A stretch of 64,000 bases of DNA. Source: Malacoraja senta (lineage: Eukaryota). This document shows positions 1 through 13,205 of this stretch, one piece after another (positions within the stretch are counted from its first letter, which is position 1; each line of letters opens with the position of its first letter). The stretch covers positions 1-64,000 of the forward strand of contig JAXLNO010000680.1 in assembly GCA_038087875.1 (NCBI GenBank), given 5' to 3'. The translations under genes and the position numbers were made by a program. The notes beneath the pieces were generated by a model that had not been told where the DNA came from, did not search any database, and worked only from the letters and a program-made list of their open reading frames with translations.

Positions 1-1077
1 TGTTTCGACTAATGCAATCAACTCGACGTGCACAAACGGAAGATCAAATAGAACAAGTTGTCCAACAACTTTAGCCTGTGCACGCCACACGAAAGAAGAA
101 GAGAAGTACTGTAGTTATTTAATGAGCAACATTCACAACTATACGTTGGATTTATCCAGGTTTTACTTCTACAGTCGGTCATATACATCACAAATTTGGT
201 CGGGAGATATTTCAGTTGAAATTTTAACGTTAATTCTGAAGTGATTAGGGAATGATGGAAACAGCGTTTATCAACAGTTTAAAAAAAAAATCTGGTGCTT
301 ACAAACTGGGTATCTTTATTGCTGTTCACAACACATACATCTAATCTGAATGTCCGGTAATGTGGCGTTTTGACACCTTTAAATATATTACCAAAAGAAC
401 ATTTGGTGCAGTTATGTCCTTTGGCCATCTCTTGTTAGTTAGTGTAATGTTTAACCTGTCAGATGGGTATAGTCAGTTTTAACAGCTATTATCATAAAAT
501 GCCTTTAGAAAATTCCTTGCAATCTGTGTATTTTGTTGTGGATAAATTATGTGGGAAGCGAGTGTTTCTGTACCAATAGCAATAACGACCCACGCTATGG
601 CCATGTCATGATAATTTCCGATCCTTCACAGAAAACATGCTTGCATCAATCTGTAGTGTGCATGGTTAAGCATATATGTTATCAAGGTCCAGGATTTATT
701 GACACAGGTTGATCATACGCTGAATAATCCAACCACATTTTTGTTTGGAAGTGGAAAGAAATAATAGAAATTGCATTAATTGCAATGTGTAAAAAGTGTT
801 GAGATACTGTATTATAATTTTGCTGCATGTCATTGTGGGATATATCATGTCCTGATTGGTGAATATGTTTAGTTTGTAACTTTATTTGAAGCAGAAATAA
901 TATGTGAATGCTTCATTGAGTATAATTCCGACTGGTAACTACGCACTTCGTCCAAGCACATTATTGCATGCGTTATGCAAGCCATCTTAAATGACCACCT
1001 AAACTGTCATTTGGGAACTTAAAAAGCTGCCTAGGTTGCCTGGCTGACAACAGAGAAAAAAAGTTAAGTGAGAGCCC

Positions 1078-1705
1078 TGAGCCTTCATCAGTCAGAGTAT
1101 TGAGTATAGAAGTTGGGAGGTCATGTTGCAGTTGTATAAGACGTTGGTGAGGCTGCATTTCTAGTATTGTGTTCAGTTCTGGGCACCATGTTATAGGAAA
1201 GATATTGTCAAGCTGGGACGGGTACAGAGAAGATTTAGGAGGATGTTGCCAAGACTAGAGGGTGTGAGCTACAGGGAGAGGTTGAGCAGGCTGGGTCTCT
1301 ATTCCTTGGAGCGCAGGAGGATGAGGGGTGATCTTATAGAGGTGTATAAAATCATGAGAGGAATAGATCGGGTAGACGCACAGAGTCTCTTGCCCAGAGT
1401 AGGGGAATCGTGGACCAGAGGACGTAGGTTCAAGGTGAAGGGGAAAAGATTTAATAGGAATCTGAGGGGTAACCTTTTCACACAAAGGGTGGTGGGTGTA
1501 TGGAACGACCTGCCAGAGGAGGTAGTTGAGGCTGGGACTATTCCAACGTTTAAGAAGCAGTTAGACAGGTACATGGATAGGACAGGTTTGGAGGGATATG
1601 GACCAAGCGCAGGCAGGTGGGACTAGTGAAGCTGGGACATTGTTGGCCGGTGTGGGCAAGTTGGGCTGAAGGACCTGTTTCCACACTGTATCACTCTATG
1701 ACTCG
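1078..1705 (+). mobile_element. CR1-clade LINE 3' fragment
   Basis: ORF2 C-terminus SYRERLSRLGLYSLERRRMRGDLIEVYKIM...FTQRVVGVWN; 3' tail ggacctgtttccacactgtatcactctatgac. Confidence 0.9.
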
Positions 1706-2349
1706 ATGAAGAAAGACTCTGCAAAATTAGCACAGAGGTTTTGAAAGTTGAAGGGCGAAATATTGATATGTGCACTAGTTAGCGAAAGAGGGAAAAAAAT
1801 TAGATTGGATGAAAATAAAAATGCTCTAATCAATTGGGCACAAGATATGAATTTATCCCAGAAAGGCATGAGGCAGTCGGTCAGGCGAGATGCAACAAAC
1901 TACAATGTTATACAGCACAGGATCAGGCCATTCGATCTAACTTGTCCATGCCAACCAAGATGCCCCATATAAGCTGGTGCCATTTGCCTGCGTTTTTGCC
2001 CATATCCCTCGAAAGATCTTTAAACCAGCATCTGTAGTTCTTTCCTACACAATCTAATCAGTTGTATGTAGACAAAAGTGCTGGAGAAACTCAGCTGGCG
2101 AGGCAGCATCTATGGAGCGAAGGAAATAGGCAACGTTTCGGGTCAAGACCCTGCTTCAGACTGATGTGAGGGTGGGGGGCGGGAAGAAGAAAGGAAAAGG
2201 TGGAGACAGTGGTCGAGGGGGGGAAGAGAGAGAGAGAGAGAGAGGGGGGGAAGAGAGAGAGAGAGAGGGAGAGGGATAGAGAGGCAGAGAGAGTCTGTGA
2301 TCTCCACCTCTTCCTTTCTTCTTCCCCGCCCCCCCACCCTCACATCAGT

Positions 2350-2377
2350 CTGAAGAAGGGTCTCGACCCGAAACGTT
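2350..2377 (+). ncRNA. Minimal hammerhead-ribozyme-like motif
   Basis: CTGAAGAAGGGTCTCGACCCGAAACGTT. Confidence 0.6.
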
Positions 2378-3099
2378 GCCTATTTCCTTCGCTCCATAGA
2401 TGCTGCCTCACCCGCTGAGTTTCTCCAGCATTTTTGTCTACCTTCGATTCTCCAGCATCTGCACTTCCTTCTTAAACAACTAATAAGTTGTTTGTTCGCT
2501 GAATAAAATCAGCCTTAAGTTATACATCATTTGTTAATCTTGCTCAAAAGAAATGTTAGTTTAGTTTGTTAAATACTTCATTTAGAAAACCCTATTATTA
2601 CAGACAGATGTCATTCCACTCTCTGGCTATTGGGAAGACCAAAACCATTTTTACGTTGCAAAACAATTCCATAGACACAAAAAAACTTTAGGGAACACTC
2701 CAAAATTAGAGCAACTGGAATCATCATATTGCTATTATTTTACCAAATGCCAGACAAATCATCTTTTTTTTTCTCAGCTGCAGGTGATCATTTTTGATAT
2801 TCCTGCCTAGTCTTCCTTATTTTACTTTGAGCATACAAAATACTGCCATTAGGAAGGAGCTCGGGAAAATCCCACACCCACTCAAGCACAGTTGTTAACG
2901 GTGGGGCTAGATGAATTACAGAGTGCAAGTTTAATACAAAAATCAATTCAAACACAGGACATGAGCCGTTTAAAAAGAAAATTTAAGAAAAAACATTTAA
3001 AAAGGAAAATTAACAGAATTATGAATTTGGTCGATGAGCTATATCACAGACGCAAACTGTTCCCCCCGCAACGCTGATTACACTGCGAGAGGCATATCG

Positions 3100-3637
3100 G
3101 ACTCTCTCTAACTTCTACAGGTGCACAGTAGAGAGCATGCTGACCGGTTGCATCGTGGCTTGGTTCGGCAACTTGAGTGCCCTGGAGAGGAAAAGGCTAC
3201 AAAAAGTAGTAAACACTGCCCAGTCCATCATCGGCTCTGACCTCCCTTCCATCGAGGGGATCTACCGCAGTCGCTGCCTCAAAAAGGCTGGCAGCATCAT
3301 CAAGGACCCACACCATCCTGGCCACACACTCATCTCCCTACTACCTTCAGGTAGAAGGTACAGGAGCCTGAAGACTGCAACGACCAGGTTCAGGAACAGC
3401 TACTTCCCCACAGCCATCAGGCTATTAAACCTGGCTCGGACATAACACTGAACTTTACTAGCCAATACTGTTATTTGCACTTTATCAGTATATTGACCAT
3501 TGTGTATATATTTATAGAATGCCTTGTAGTAAATGCCTACTATGTTCTGTTGTGCTCAAGCAAAGCAAGAATTTCATTGTCCTACCAGGGACACATGACA
3601 ATAAACTCACTTGACTTGACTTGACTTGACTTGACTT
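3100..3637 (+). mobile_element. Rex1/Babar-type LINE 3' fragment
   Basis: CIVAWFGN...IIKDPHHPGHTLISLLPSGRRYRSLKTATTRFRNSYFPTAIRLLN; AATAAA followed by a (CTTGA)n tail. Confidence 0.85.
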
Positions 3638-6600
3638 GGGTCGGGTTTACTGAAATGGCCGACGTTCGGCTCCGTTGCGTACTACACGTCAGTCAAAAGA
3701 CAAAGCACATTTATTGTCACACACACCAATTGGTGTAGTGGAATTTGAGTTGCCATTGCAGCACACCAATAAATTAAACACAACATTACAGAATTTAATA
3801 TAAAACAGAAAAACATCCCCCCACAGCGGGATCACCGTTTCCCACTGTGAGGGAAGGCAGCAAAGTTCAGTCCACTTCCTCTTGTTCACCCGTGGTCGGG
3901 GCCTATTGAGGCCTCCACAGTCGCCGCTACAGCGGCCCAATGTTTCAGGCCCTCTCGCCGGGATGATGAAACTCCGGCCTCGGAACAGAAGAACACTCTC
4001 AGTGGCTCGGAATTTTGAAACGGCCGCTTGCTGCCGGAGACCGCGACTTCCGAAGTCCACAGGTCCTCGGAGCTCCAACACTGGCGATCCTCGGCGAAAG
4101 ATCCCAGGCCTCCGCGATGCTAAAGTCAGCGCCGCGCACCGTGGCTGGACGCTCCGCAGACCACAGCTCCACGATGTTGATGTCGGCAGGCCCAGCACAC
4201 ACGGCGACCCGGGTAAGGCATCGCCCCGCTCGGCGATGGCACCTCAGAGCTGTGCCGCCGCTGAAGCTGAAGCTCTGGCCGGTCTCCGGCAGGAAAGGCC
4301 GCCCGCGCCAATCCAGGTGGTAGGCCGCGAGGAGGGGGCGAAGATGCGGCTCGGAGGAAAGACGCACCCTCGACCCAGGTAGGGACTGGAGAAAACGGTT
4401 TCCCCCTTCCACCCCCACCCACATAAAAAGACTAAAAGGCCACCAGAACAAAACCTTTTGACAAACTAAAAATAAAAAAGTGTGAAGGACGAACAGACGC
4501 TGCAGGCGTGGCTGCCACACCCTATGGTGCCACCACTCGAGTCATGCATGCGTAGATAGATTGGATTTTGCAGGAGTGGACCATCTTGGACCGCTCTAGT
4601 GTCTTTGCTCTAAACCTTTTGCCTCCTTCTACTTGTCCGAACATCGTTTACATGTCTTTATTGAATTGAATTGAATTGAATTAGACTTTATTAATCCCCT
4701 TATTCAGGGGAAATTCAGATATCCTTGCAGCACACTAATAAAAATACAACATAGTATTAAAAAGAAGTTCAACACCAAAACATCAAAGTCCAGTCCCCAT
4801 CCTCTTGTCCACCCAGAGTCGGGCCAACTGAGGCCTCCACAGTCGCCGCCACGGCGCCCGATGTTCTCGCCGGGTGATGGTACTCCGGCGTCGGGAGAAC
4901 CCCCCAGCGGCTTGGGGCGCCAGGAACGGCCGCCTTCCCACCGGAGACCGCGGCTTCCAAGCCAACAGACCGCGCCGGACGGAGCTCCACACACTGGCGA
5001 TCTCAGCGAGAGATCCCAGGCTCCGGGATGTAACATTCAGCGTCGCAGCTGGGCCGCTCCACAGAACCGCGGCTCCACGATGTTCTCATCGGCGGTCCCA
5101 GCATACTGGAGTTCCAGCGCGGCGACCCAGGAAAGGCATCGCCCGCTCCACGACAGTGCTCCAGCGCTGCACCGCCGCCGAAGCCGATGTTCTGGCCAGG
5201 TCCCCTCAGGGAAACGTCGCTCCAGGACCCGCTGGTAGGCCGCAAGGACAGGTCGAAGGCGCTGCTCGGAGGAAGGCAACCCCTCCGACCAGGTAGGGAC
5301 TCGAAAAGCAGTTTCCCCCTTCCCCCCACCACCCCCCACACATAAAAAGATTAGGCCCCCTGACTATACACTCAATGTACTAAAAATAATTAAAAAGAAG
5401 AGAAAAAATCGGACAGCTGCAGGACATGCAGCCGTTCTGGACAGCGCCTCCTCCGGCGGTATTGTTTCCTGCCTCAAGTGCTCATTCTAGCTGGTCGTTG
5501 AATATACTCACCACTCTCTGTGCGAAAAAGCTGCCCCTCAGCTTCACAGGTTCTAGGAGTAGAATTAGGCCATTCGGCCCATCGAGCCCACTCCGCCATT
5601 CAATCATGGCTGATCTCTGCCTCCCATTCCCATTTTCCTGCTTTCTCCTCACAACCCTTGACACCCGTTCTAATCAAGAATCTGTCTATCTCTGCCTTAA
5701 AACTATCCACTGACTTGGCCTCCACAGCCCTCTGTGGCAATGAGTCCCCCAGATTAACTGGAGGAGGTATCCAGGACCACACTCACCCCAACAACAGACT
5801 GTTTTCCCTGCTGCCCTTGGGGAAACGGTGCCGGCTGCTCAGGGCCAACACGGAGAGAATGAGGAGGAGTTTCTTGCCTCAGGCCATGAGACTGCTGAAC
5901 GAGGACGGAGTGTCGCCACTCCCCCCTTCCCCCCAGCCCCCCAACGCCCAAACCCTCCCCACCCTCCTCACCAGCACCTGCACCCCCGCCCCGCCCCGCC
6001 TCGCCACCATCAAACACACACACATGGGACTGAACTGGATGGAACATGCTGTGATCACAGATGTTCCACGGCACTTGTCACTTTGCTTGTAACAGCACTA
6101 CTTGTTATGTGGTATATTTATGGGGTATGTGTTATATGTAGGTATTGTTTTATGTGGGTTATGTGTAAGTGGGGAACCATGCACAACTGGACAGGCACTT
6201 AAACATTTCACTACTGGTTATACCTGTGTAATTGAGTATGTGACCAATAAACTTGAATTGAATTGAATTGAATTGAATTAACCACCCTCTGACTGAAGAA
6301 ATTCCTCCTCACCTCCTTTCTAAAAGAGCGTCCTTTAATTGCGAGGCTACGACCTCTGGTCTCAGACTCTCCCACCAGTGGAAACATCCTCTCCACATCC
6401 ACTCTATCCAGGCCTTTCACTATTCGGTAACGTTTCAATGAGGTCCCTCCCCTCATCCTTCTAAACTCCAGCGAGTACAGGCCCAGTGTTGTCAAACGCT
6501 CATCGTATGCTAACCCACTCATTCTCACCTTGAACCTATGCCCTCCAGTTCTTGATTCCCGAATCCTGGGAAAAGGACCACATGCAGTCACCCTATCTAT

Positions 6601-8033
6601 CCACCTTGTTGTGTTACACACCGGCATAAGATCACTTCTCAGCCTCCTGTGCTCCAAAGAATAAAGTCCTAGGCTGCGCAACCTCACCCTGTAGCGCAGG
6701 CCCTCGAATCCTGGCACCGCCGTCGTTAATCTTCTCTGCAGCCATTCATACAGCTGCGCTGGAAGCTGCCCAAGTGGTACAAACATTGACTTCTCTAACT
6801 TCAAGTAACCCTTGCATTCCCCCTCTCTCCATCCCTTCCCCAACCCCAGTTTTCCGTCTAGTTTGACTGTCCTCCTGAATACATTTTGCTGTATTCCTCT
6901 GTGTCACCATCCCCTCAGCTAACAATGACTTGTATTCACTGGAATTTAGAAGGATGAGAGGGATTCTTATAGAAACATATAAGATTCTTGAGGGATTGGA
7001 CGGGCTAGATGCAGGAAAAATGTTCCTGATGTTGGGGGAGTCCAGAACCAGGGGTCAAACAGTTTAAGAATAAGGGGTCGGCCATTTAGGACTGAGATGA
7101 GGAAACATTTCTTCACCCAGAGGGTTGTGAATCTGTGGAATTCTCTGCCACAGAAGGCAGTGGAGGCCGATTCACTGAATGTTTTCAAGAGAGAGTTAGA
7201 TTTAGCTCTTAGGGCTAACGGAATCAAGGGATATGGGGAGAAAGCAGGAACGGGGTACTGATTGTGGATGATCAGCCGTGATCATATTGAATGGTGGTGC
7301 TGGCTTGAAGGGCCGAATGGCCTACTCCTGCACCTATTGTCTATGTTTCTATCTATTCTACATTTTGATCTCTCGTTTTCACACCTTACCCTTCCATATC
7401 TCTGTGGCTCCATCTCCCCTGACTCTCAGACTGAAGAAGCGTCTCTACCCGAAACGTCACCCATTCCTTCTCTCCAGAGATGCTGCCTGTCCCGCTGAGT
7501 CACTCCAGCATTTTGTGTCTATCACGGGATAAAAGTATCTGGAAATTTTCGATGAAAGCATTTTCACGTGCTTGAGAATTAAATTTAGATTTGAAAGAGC
7601 TGAAAATAAAATAGCTGGCGTTGGTAAAGGTGTGGTTGGAGCTGGAAGTACTCCCACTGGTTCTAACAGATCAAAACATGCTGATTCTATTTTTTGACTA
7701 ATTGTAGTTCTAGGCCAAACCTATCTGGTGCTTCCTAACTATCCTGTAGAGCCTTGTGAGGTATTCGGAGTAACAAGCCATTCATTTAGTGTCATAGAGT
7801 GAGACAGCATGTAAACAGGCCCTTCGGCCCAACTTGCCAACACCAGCCAACATGTCCCAGCTACACTAGTCCCACCTGCCAGCATTTGGCCCATATCCCT
7901 CCAAACCTGACCTATCCACGTACCTGCCTAACTGCTTCGTAAACGCTGGGATAGTCCCAGCCTCAACTACCTCCTCTGGCAGCTTGTTCCATACATCCTC
8001 ACAGCCCCAGAGACCCGGGTTCGATCCCGACTA

Positions 8034-8552
8034 TATAACCATATAACCATAACAATTACAGCACGGAAACAGGCCATCTCGATCCTTCTAGTCCGTGCCG
8101 AACACGTATTCTCCCCTAGTCCCATATACCTGCGCTCAGACCATAACCCTCCATTCCTTTCCCGTCCATATAACTATCCAATTTATTTTTAAATGATAAA
8201 AATGAACCTGCCTCCACCACCTTCACTGGAAGCTCATTCCACACAGCCACCACTCTCCGAGTAAAGAAGTTCCCCCTCATGTTACCCCTAAACTTCTGTC
8301 CCTTAATTCTCAAGTCATGTCCCCTTGTTTGAATCTTCCCTACTCTCAATGGGAAAAGCTTATCCACGTCAACTCTGTCTATCCCTCTCATCATTTTAAA
8401 GACCTCTATCAAGTCCCCCCTTAACCTTCTGCGCTCCAAAGAATAAAGACCTAACTTGTTCAACCTTTCTCTGTAACTTAGTTGCTGAAACCCAGGCAAC
8501 ATTCTAGTAAATCTCCTCTGTACTCTCTCTATTTTGTTGACATCCTTCCTAT
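8034..8552 (-). mobile_element. CR1-clade LINE 3' fragment
   Basis: IERVQRRFTRMLPG...LERRRLRGDLIEVFK; same subfamily as 37270-38105. Confidence 0.85.
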
Positions 8553-8785
8553 AGGTGCTGTCTGTACGGAGTTTGTGCGTTCTCCCCGTGACCTGCGTTG
8601 GTTTTCTCAGAGAACTTCGGTTTCCTCCCACACTCCAAAAACGTGCAGTTTTTGTAGCTTAATTGGCTTGGTTTGAATGTAAAAATTGTCCCTAGTGTGT
8701 GTAGGATAGTGTTAGTGTGCGGGTACGCTGGTCGGTGCGGACTCATTGGGCAGAAGGGCCTGGTTCCATGCTGTATCTTTGTTTT

Positions 8786-9085
8786 GTTTAGAGTTACAGC
8801 GTGGAAACAGGCCCTTCGGCCCACCGGGTCCGCGCCGACCAGCGATCCCCACACACTAACACTATCCTACACGCACTAGGGACAATTTTTACATTATACC
8901 GAGCCAATTTACGTACAAACCTGCACGTCTTTGGAGTGTGGGAGGAAACTGAAGATCTCGGAGAAAACCCACGCAGGTCACGGGGAGAACGTGCAAACTC
9001 CGTACAGACAGCACCCGCAGTCGGGATAGAACCCGGGTCTCTGGCGCTGTGAGGCAGCAACTCTACCGCTGCTCCGCCGTGCCGC
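8786..9085 (-). mobile_element. tRNA-derived V-SINE (HE1-like)
   Basis: Reverse-complement copy of the family at 9333. Confidence 0.85.
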
Positions 9086-9332
9086 TCTAAAACTACACGG
9101 GTCAGACAGCATGTCTGGAGAAAAGGAATAGGTGACGTTTTGGGTCGAGACCCTTCTTGTCGACCCGAAACGTGACCCAATCCTTGTCTCCAGAGATGCT
9201 GCCTGTCCCGCTGAGTTGCTCCAGCCCTTTTGTGTCTGTCTTCAGTGTAAACCAGCATCTGCCTTTCCTTCCTACATGGATCTACTGAAGGCTTCATCCT
9301 TATAGCCAGTTTGATTGAAAGATTAAGAATCA

Positions 9333-9665
9333 TGGGCGTTCACGGTGGCACAGCGTGTAGAGTTGCTGCCTTAGAGTGCTTGCAGCACCGGAGACGCAGG
9401 TTCGATCCCGACTACGGGTGCTGTCTGTACGGAGTTTGTCCGTTCTCCCAATGATCTGCGTGGGTTTTCTCCGAGATCTTCGGTTTCCTCCCGCACTCCA
9501 AAGACGTGCAGGTTTGTAGCTTAATTGGCGAGTTTGTATACTTGGTATAAGTGTATAATAGTCCCCAGTGTGGTGTAGGGTAGTGTTTGTGTGCGGGGAT
9601 CGCTGGTCGGCGCGGACTCGGAAGGGCCCGTTCCCGCGCTGTATCTCTAAACTAAACTGAACTAA
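9333..9665 (+). mobile_element. tRNA-derived V-SINE (HE1-like), full length
   Basis: A-box-like TGGCACAGCG, B box GGTTCGATCCC, V-domain ggagtttg..gttctcccc..gcgtgggttt..ggtttcctccc, CR1-like 3' tail, (CTAAA)n end. Confidence 0.85.
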
Positions 9666-9878
9666 AAATCGGCATTCTTTTTTTTTTAGTAAAAATAAAA
9701 AAAACCCATCTTGATTATTCTGTGGGAATTGTTTATCGTGAGGCTTCCTGACATCTGCTGCAAAAGTGGAGCCAGAGATGGATGTTTGGCAGAGTATGAG
9801 TTTTCCATGGCAATATTCCATGGTCTTTCCGGAATTAGTTATTAAATAGCCAAGTTTAGTCACTCCCTCCACATTTTG

Positions 9879-10415
9879 GCATCACAGGGGCAGGCCAGAG
9901 GCAAGTTACAGCATAACAGGGGCAGGCCAGAGACAAGTTACACACAGCATAACAGGGGCAGGCCAGAGACAAGTTACACACAGCATAACAGGGGCAGGCC
10001 AGAGACAAGTTACACACAGCATAACAGGGGCAGGCCAGAGGCAAGTTACAGCATAACAGGGGCAGGCCAGAGACAAGTTACACACAGCATAACAGGGGCA
10101 GGCCAGAGACAAGTTACACACAGCATAACAGGGGCAGGCCAGAGACAAGTTACACACAGCATAACAGGGGCAGGCCAGAGACAAGTTACACACAGCATAA
10201 CAGGGGCAGGCCAGAGACAAGTTACACACAGCATAACAGGGGCAGGCCAGAGACAAGTTACACACAGCATAACAGGGGCAGGCCAGAGACAAGTTACACA
10301 CAGCATAACAGGGGCAGGCCAGAGACAAGTTACACACAGCATAACAGGGGCAGGCCAGAGACAAGTTACACACAGCATAACAGGGACAGGCCAGAGACAA
10401 GTTACACACAGCATA
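9879..10415. repeat. 36-bp minisatellite, about 15 copies
   Basis: Unit CACAGCATAACAGGGGCAGGCCAGAGACAAGTTACA, with two 32-bp variant units. Confidence 0.97.
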
Positions 10416-10562
10416 AACTTACCATTAAATTGTGCCATCAAGCTACATTGTAATAATGCTACAAGCTATATTTCCATATTGTCATAGAGTGATTCAGTGT
10501 GGAAACAGGCCCTTCGGCCCAACTTGCCTACACCGGCCAACATGTCCCAGCTACACTAGTTA

Positions 10563-11088
10563 GCGACTCTCTCTAACTTCTACAGGTGCACAGTAGAGAG
10601 CATGCTGACCAGTTGCATCGTGGCTTGGTTCGGCAACTTGAGCGCCCTGGAGAGGAAAAGACTACAAAAAGTAGTAAACACTGCCCAGTCCATCATCGGC
10701 TCTGACCTCCCTTCCATCGAGGGGATCAATCACAGTCGGTGCCTCAAAAAGGCTGGCAGCATCATCAAGGACCCACACCATCCTGCCCACACACTCATCT
10801 CCCTACTACCTTCAGGTAGAAGGTACAGGAGCCTGAAGACTGCAACGACCAGGTTCAGGAACAGCTACTTCCCCACAGCCATCAGGCTATTAAACCTGGC
10901 TCGGACATAACACTGAACTTTATTAGCCAATACTGTTATTTGCACTTCATCAGTATATTGATTCATGTGTGTATATATTTATAGAATGCCTTGTAGTCAA
11001 TGTCTACTATGTTCTGTTGTGCTCAAGCAAAGCATGAATTTCATTGCCCTATCAGGGACACATGACAATAAACTCACTTGACTTGACT
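10563..11088 (+). mobile_element. Rex1/Babar-type LINE 3' fragment, interrupting a CR1 tail
   Basis: Near-identical to 3100-3637; CR1-tail sequence ending ctacactagt stops before it and resumes as actagtcccacc after it. Confidence 0.85.
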
Positions 11089-12149
11089 AGTCCCACCTGC
11101 CTGCGCTTGGTCCATATCCCTCCACACCTGTCCTATCCACGTACCTGTCTAACTGTTTCTTAAACATTGGTATAGTCCCAGCCTCAACTACCTCCTCTGG
11201 CAGCTCGTTCCATACACCCACCACCCTTTGTGTGAACAAGTTACCCCTCAGATTCCCATTAAATCTTTTCCCCTTCACCTTGAACCTATATTGCTGTAAG
11301 CTCTAATGAAGCATCTCCTCCGTTGTCAGAATGAGGCCAAGTGCAAATTGGAGGAACAGCACTTCATGTTTCGCTTGGGCAGCTTATAGCTGAATATTGA
11401 TGTCTCTAACTTCAAGTAACCCCTGCATCCCCTCTCTCTCCGTCTCTCCCCCACCCTAGGCGGCACTAGTTTCACAGTCGTCTTGTTGAGTCTCATTGTC
11501 TGTAACTCGTTTTCACCTAGCCCGCAGCTAACAATGGCCTGTTTCCTTTATCATCGTTAATTTTTTGCACGTCTTTTCATTCATGTGTTCTACATCTCTC
11601 TACATCACCGTCTATATCTCTCGTTTCCCCATCCCCTGACTCTCAGTCTGAAGAAGGGTCTCGACCCGAAACATCACCTATACCTTTTCTCCAGAGATGC
11701 TGCCTGTCCCGCTGAGTGACTCCATTTTTTTTGTCTATCTTAAGTTATATAGGTTTACTTGTGTTTGTGCCAATCACTCGGTTACAATATAAATGAAGCC
11801 TAAATCTAGCAACTGATCCAGTCTAAGCTCTTTGTAAAATAATTTATTATTCTAAAGATAGACACAAAAAGCTGGAGTAACTCAGCGGGACAGGCAGAAT
11901 CTCTGGAGAGAAGGGATGGGTGACGTTTCGGGTCGGGTCCCTTCTTCAGACCGAGAGTCAGGGGAGAGGGAGACACAGAGATAAGGAAGGGTAAGGTGTG
12001 AAAAGGAGACATCAAAGGGGACAAAGTGCAAGAAAAATGCAGATTAGATGCTTGTCCCGCCGAGTTACTCCAGCATTTTGTGTCTATCTTCACAGATGCT
12101 GTCTGTCCCGCCGAGTTACTCCAGCATTTTGTGTCTATCTTCGGTGTGT

Positions 12150-13205
12150 AGGGGCTGTTCCACTTGGGCAGCCTAATCCGCGAGTTAAGAAGACCGCCTT
12201 CGACCTTCAAGCTCGAGGGCACTCGCCTAGAAAGCCTCGAGCTGGATCGACTGTCGGCGTTGAAACCGCGAGCCGGATCGACCGACCGCACACACACTCA
12301 CACACACACATCGCAAAGGCGGGGGCCAGGGAAAGCGGGGGAGCGCTGTCTGAAATTCACACCCGCGATGAAGAAGACGGTAAAACGGCTGCACAGTGTA
12401 AGGTAAGTCCTTTATAGAGCGCGGGGGGGGGGGGAGAGAGAAGGGGAGAGGAGCGAAGGGGAGAGAAGAAGGGGAGAGAGGGGGAGAGAAGGGGGGAGGA
12501 GGTGAAGGAGTGGAAACACTTTTAAGAAGTATAATAAAGTTTAGCGGGCATTTTACCTAATCGGTCGGTCTTCCTTGGTCCTGCAAACTCCAATGAGCCA
12601 ATCAAAATGCCCGGTCAGCGAAGGAGATTGCCTACGGCTGCCCTCGACTGCCTGTAACTAAATAGCGACCCCACTCCACTGCACTACGAGTTCAAAAGAC
12701 CCATGCCGACCAAATATTACTCGCGGAAAATGTTTCAACATGCTGAAAAGTTTTCTGCAACCTATTTGGGAACTTCCCTCGAGTATGAAGGAGAGTTCCA
12801 GTGACCTCGTAGGACCTCCTGGGACTATGTGGTCACCCAAGTGCAGGGCCGGCCTTAGGAGGTGCGGGGCCCAATTGGGAACAATTTTGGTGAGGCCCAG
12901 GTTCCCAGCCAAGGTCTGTAGAATCATAGAAATACAAATAAAGTCTATTATAGACTTCATATCTCTATGGTAGAATGGAAAGTAATCAAAATGTGCGCTT
13001 AATAAGTGCCTGCGAGTTAATGGACCAAACAGATTTAAGCTACATTTTAATATAAAATTGTAAGCCTACAAGTAACAATCAAAATGTGTAGATCACCTCT
13101 GAAAAGTACATAGAGGGTAGATTATCCCCCTTAGGCGCGAGGCGCAATTGGGAGCAATTGGTCCAATTGGCTTAAGGCCGGCCCTGCCCAAGTGGGACAG
13201 CCCCT
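12150..13205. mobile_element. PIF/Harbinger-type non-autonomous DNA transposon carrying a nested hAT MITE
   Basis: TIRs AGGGGCTGTTCCACTTGGG ... CCCAAGTGGGACAGCCCCT; TSD not clean. Confidence 0.75.
12844..13186. mobile_element. hAT-type MITE, 343 bp, 8-bp TSD
   Basis: TIRs CAGGGCCGGCCTTA ... TAAGGCCGGCCCTG; TSD CCCAAGTG at 12836-12843 and 13187-13194. Confidence 0.9.

Noticed and set aside
1..1050. Possible DNA-transposon remnant (also about 39655-40382)
   Set aside because: AT-rich and repeat-like, but no paired TIRs, TSD or transposase fragment could be shown.
3689..5341. Many overlapping Arg/Pro-rich ORFs
   Set aside because: Expected in GC-rich repeat sequence; no recognisable domain.
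9333..9420. tRNA gene
   Set aside because: A/B boxes belong to the SINE head; no complete cloverleaf evident.
9856..10487. Repetitive ORFs / CRISPR-like appearance
   Set aside because: Pure tandem 36-bp repeat with no unique spacers or cas genes, in eukaryotic DNA.
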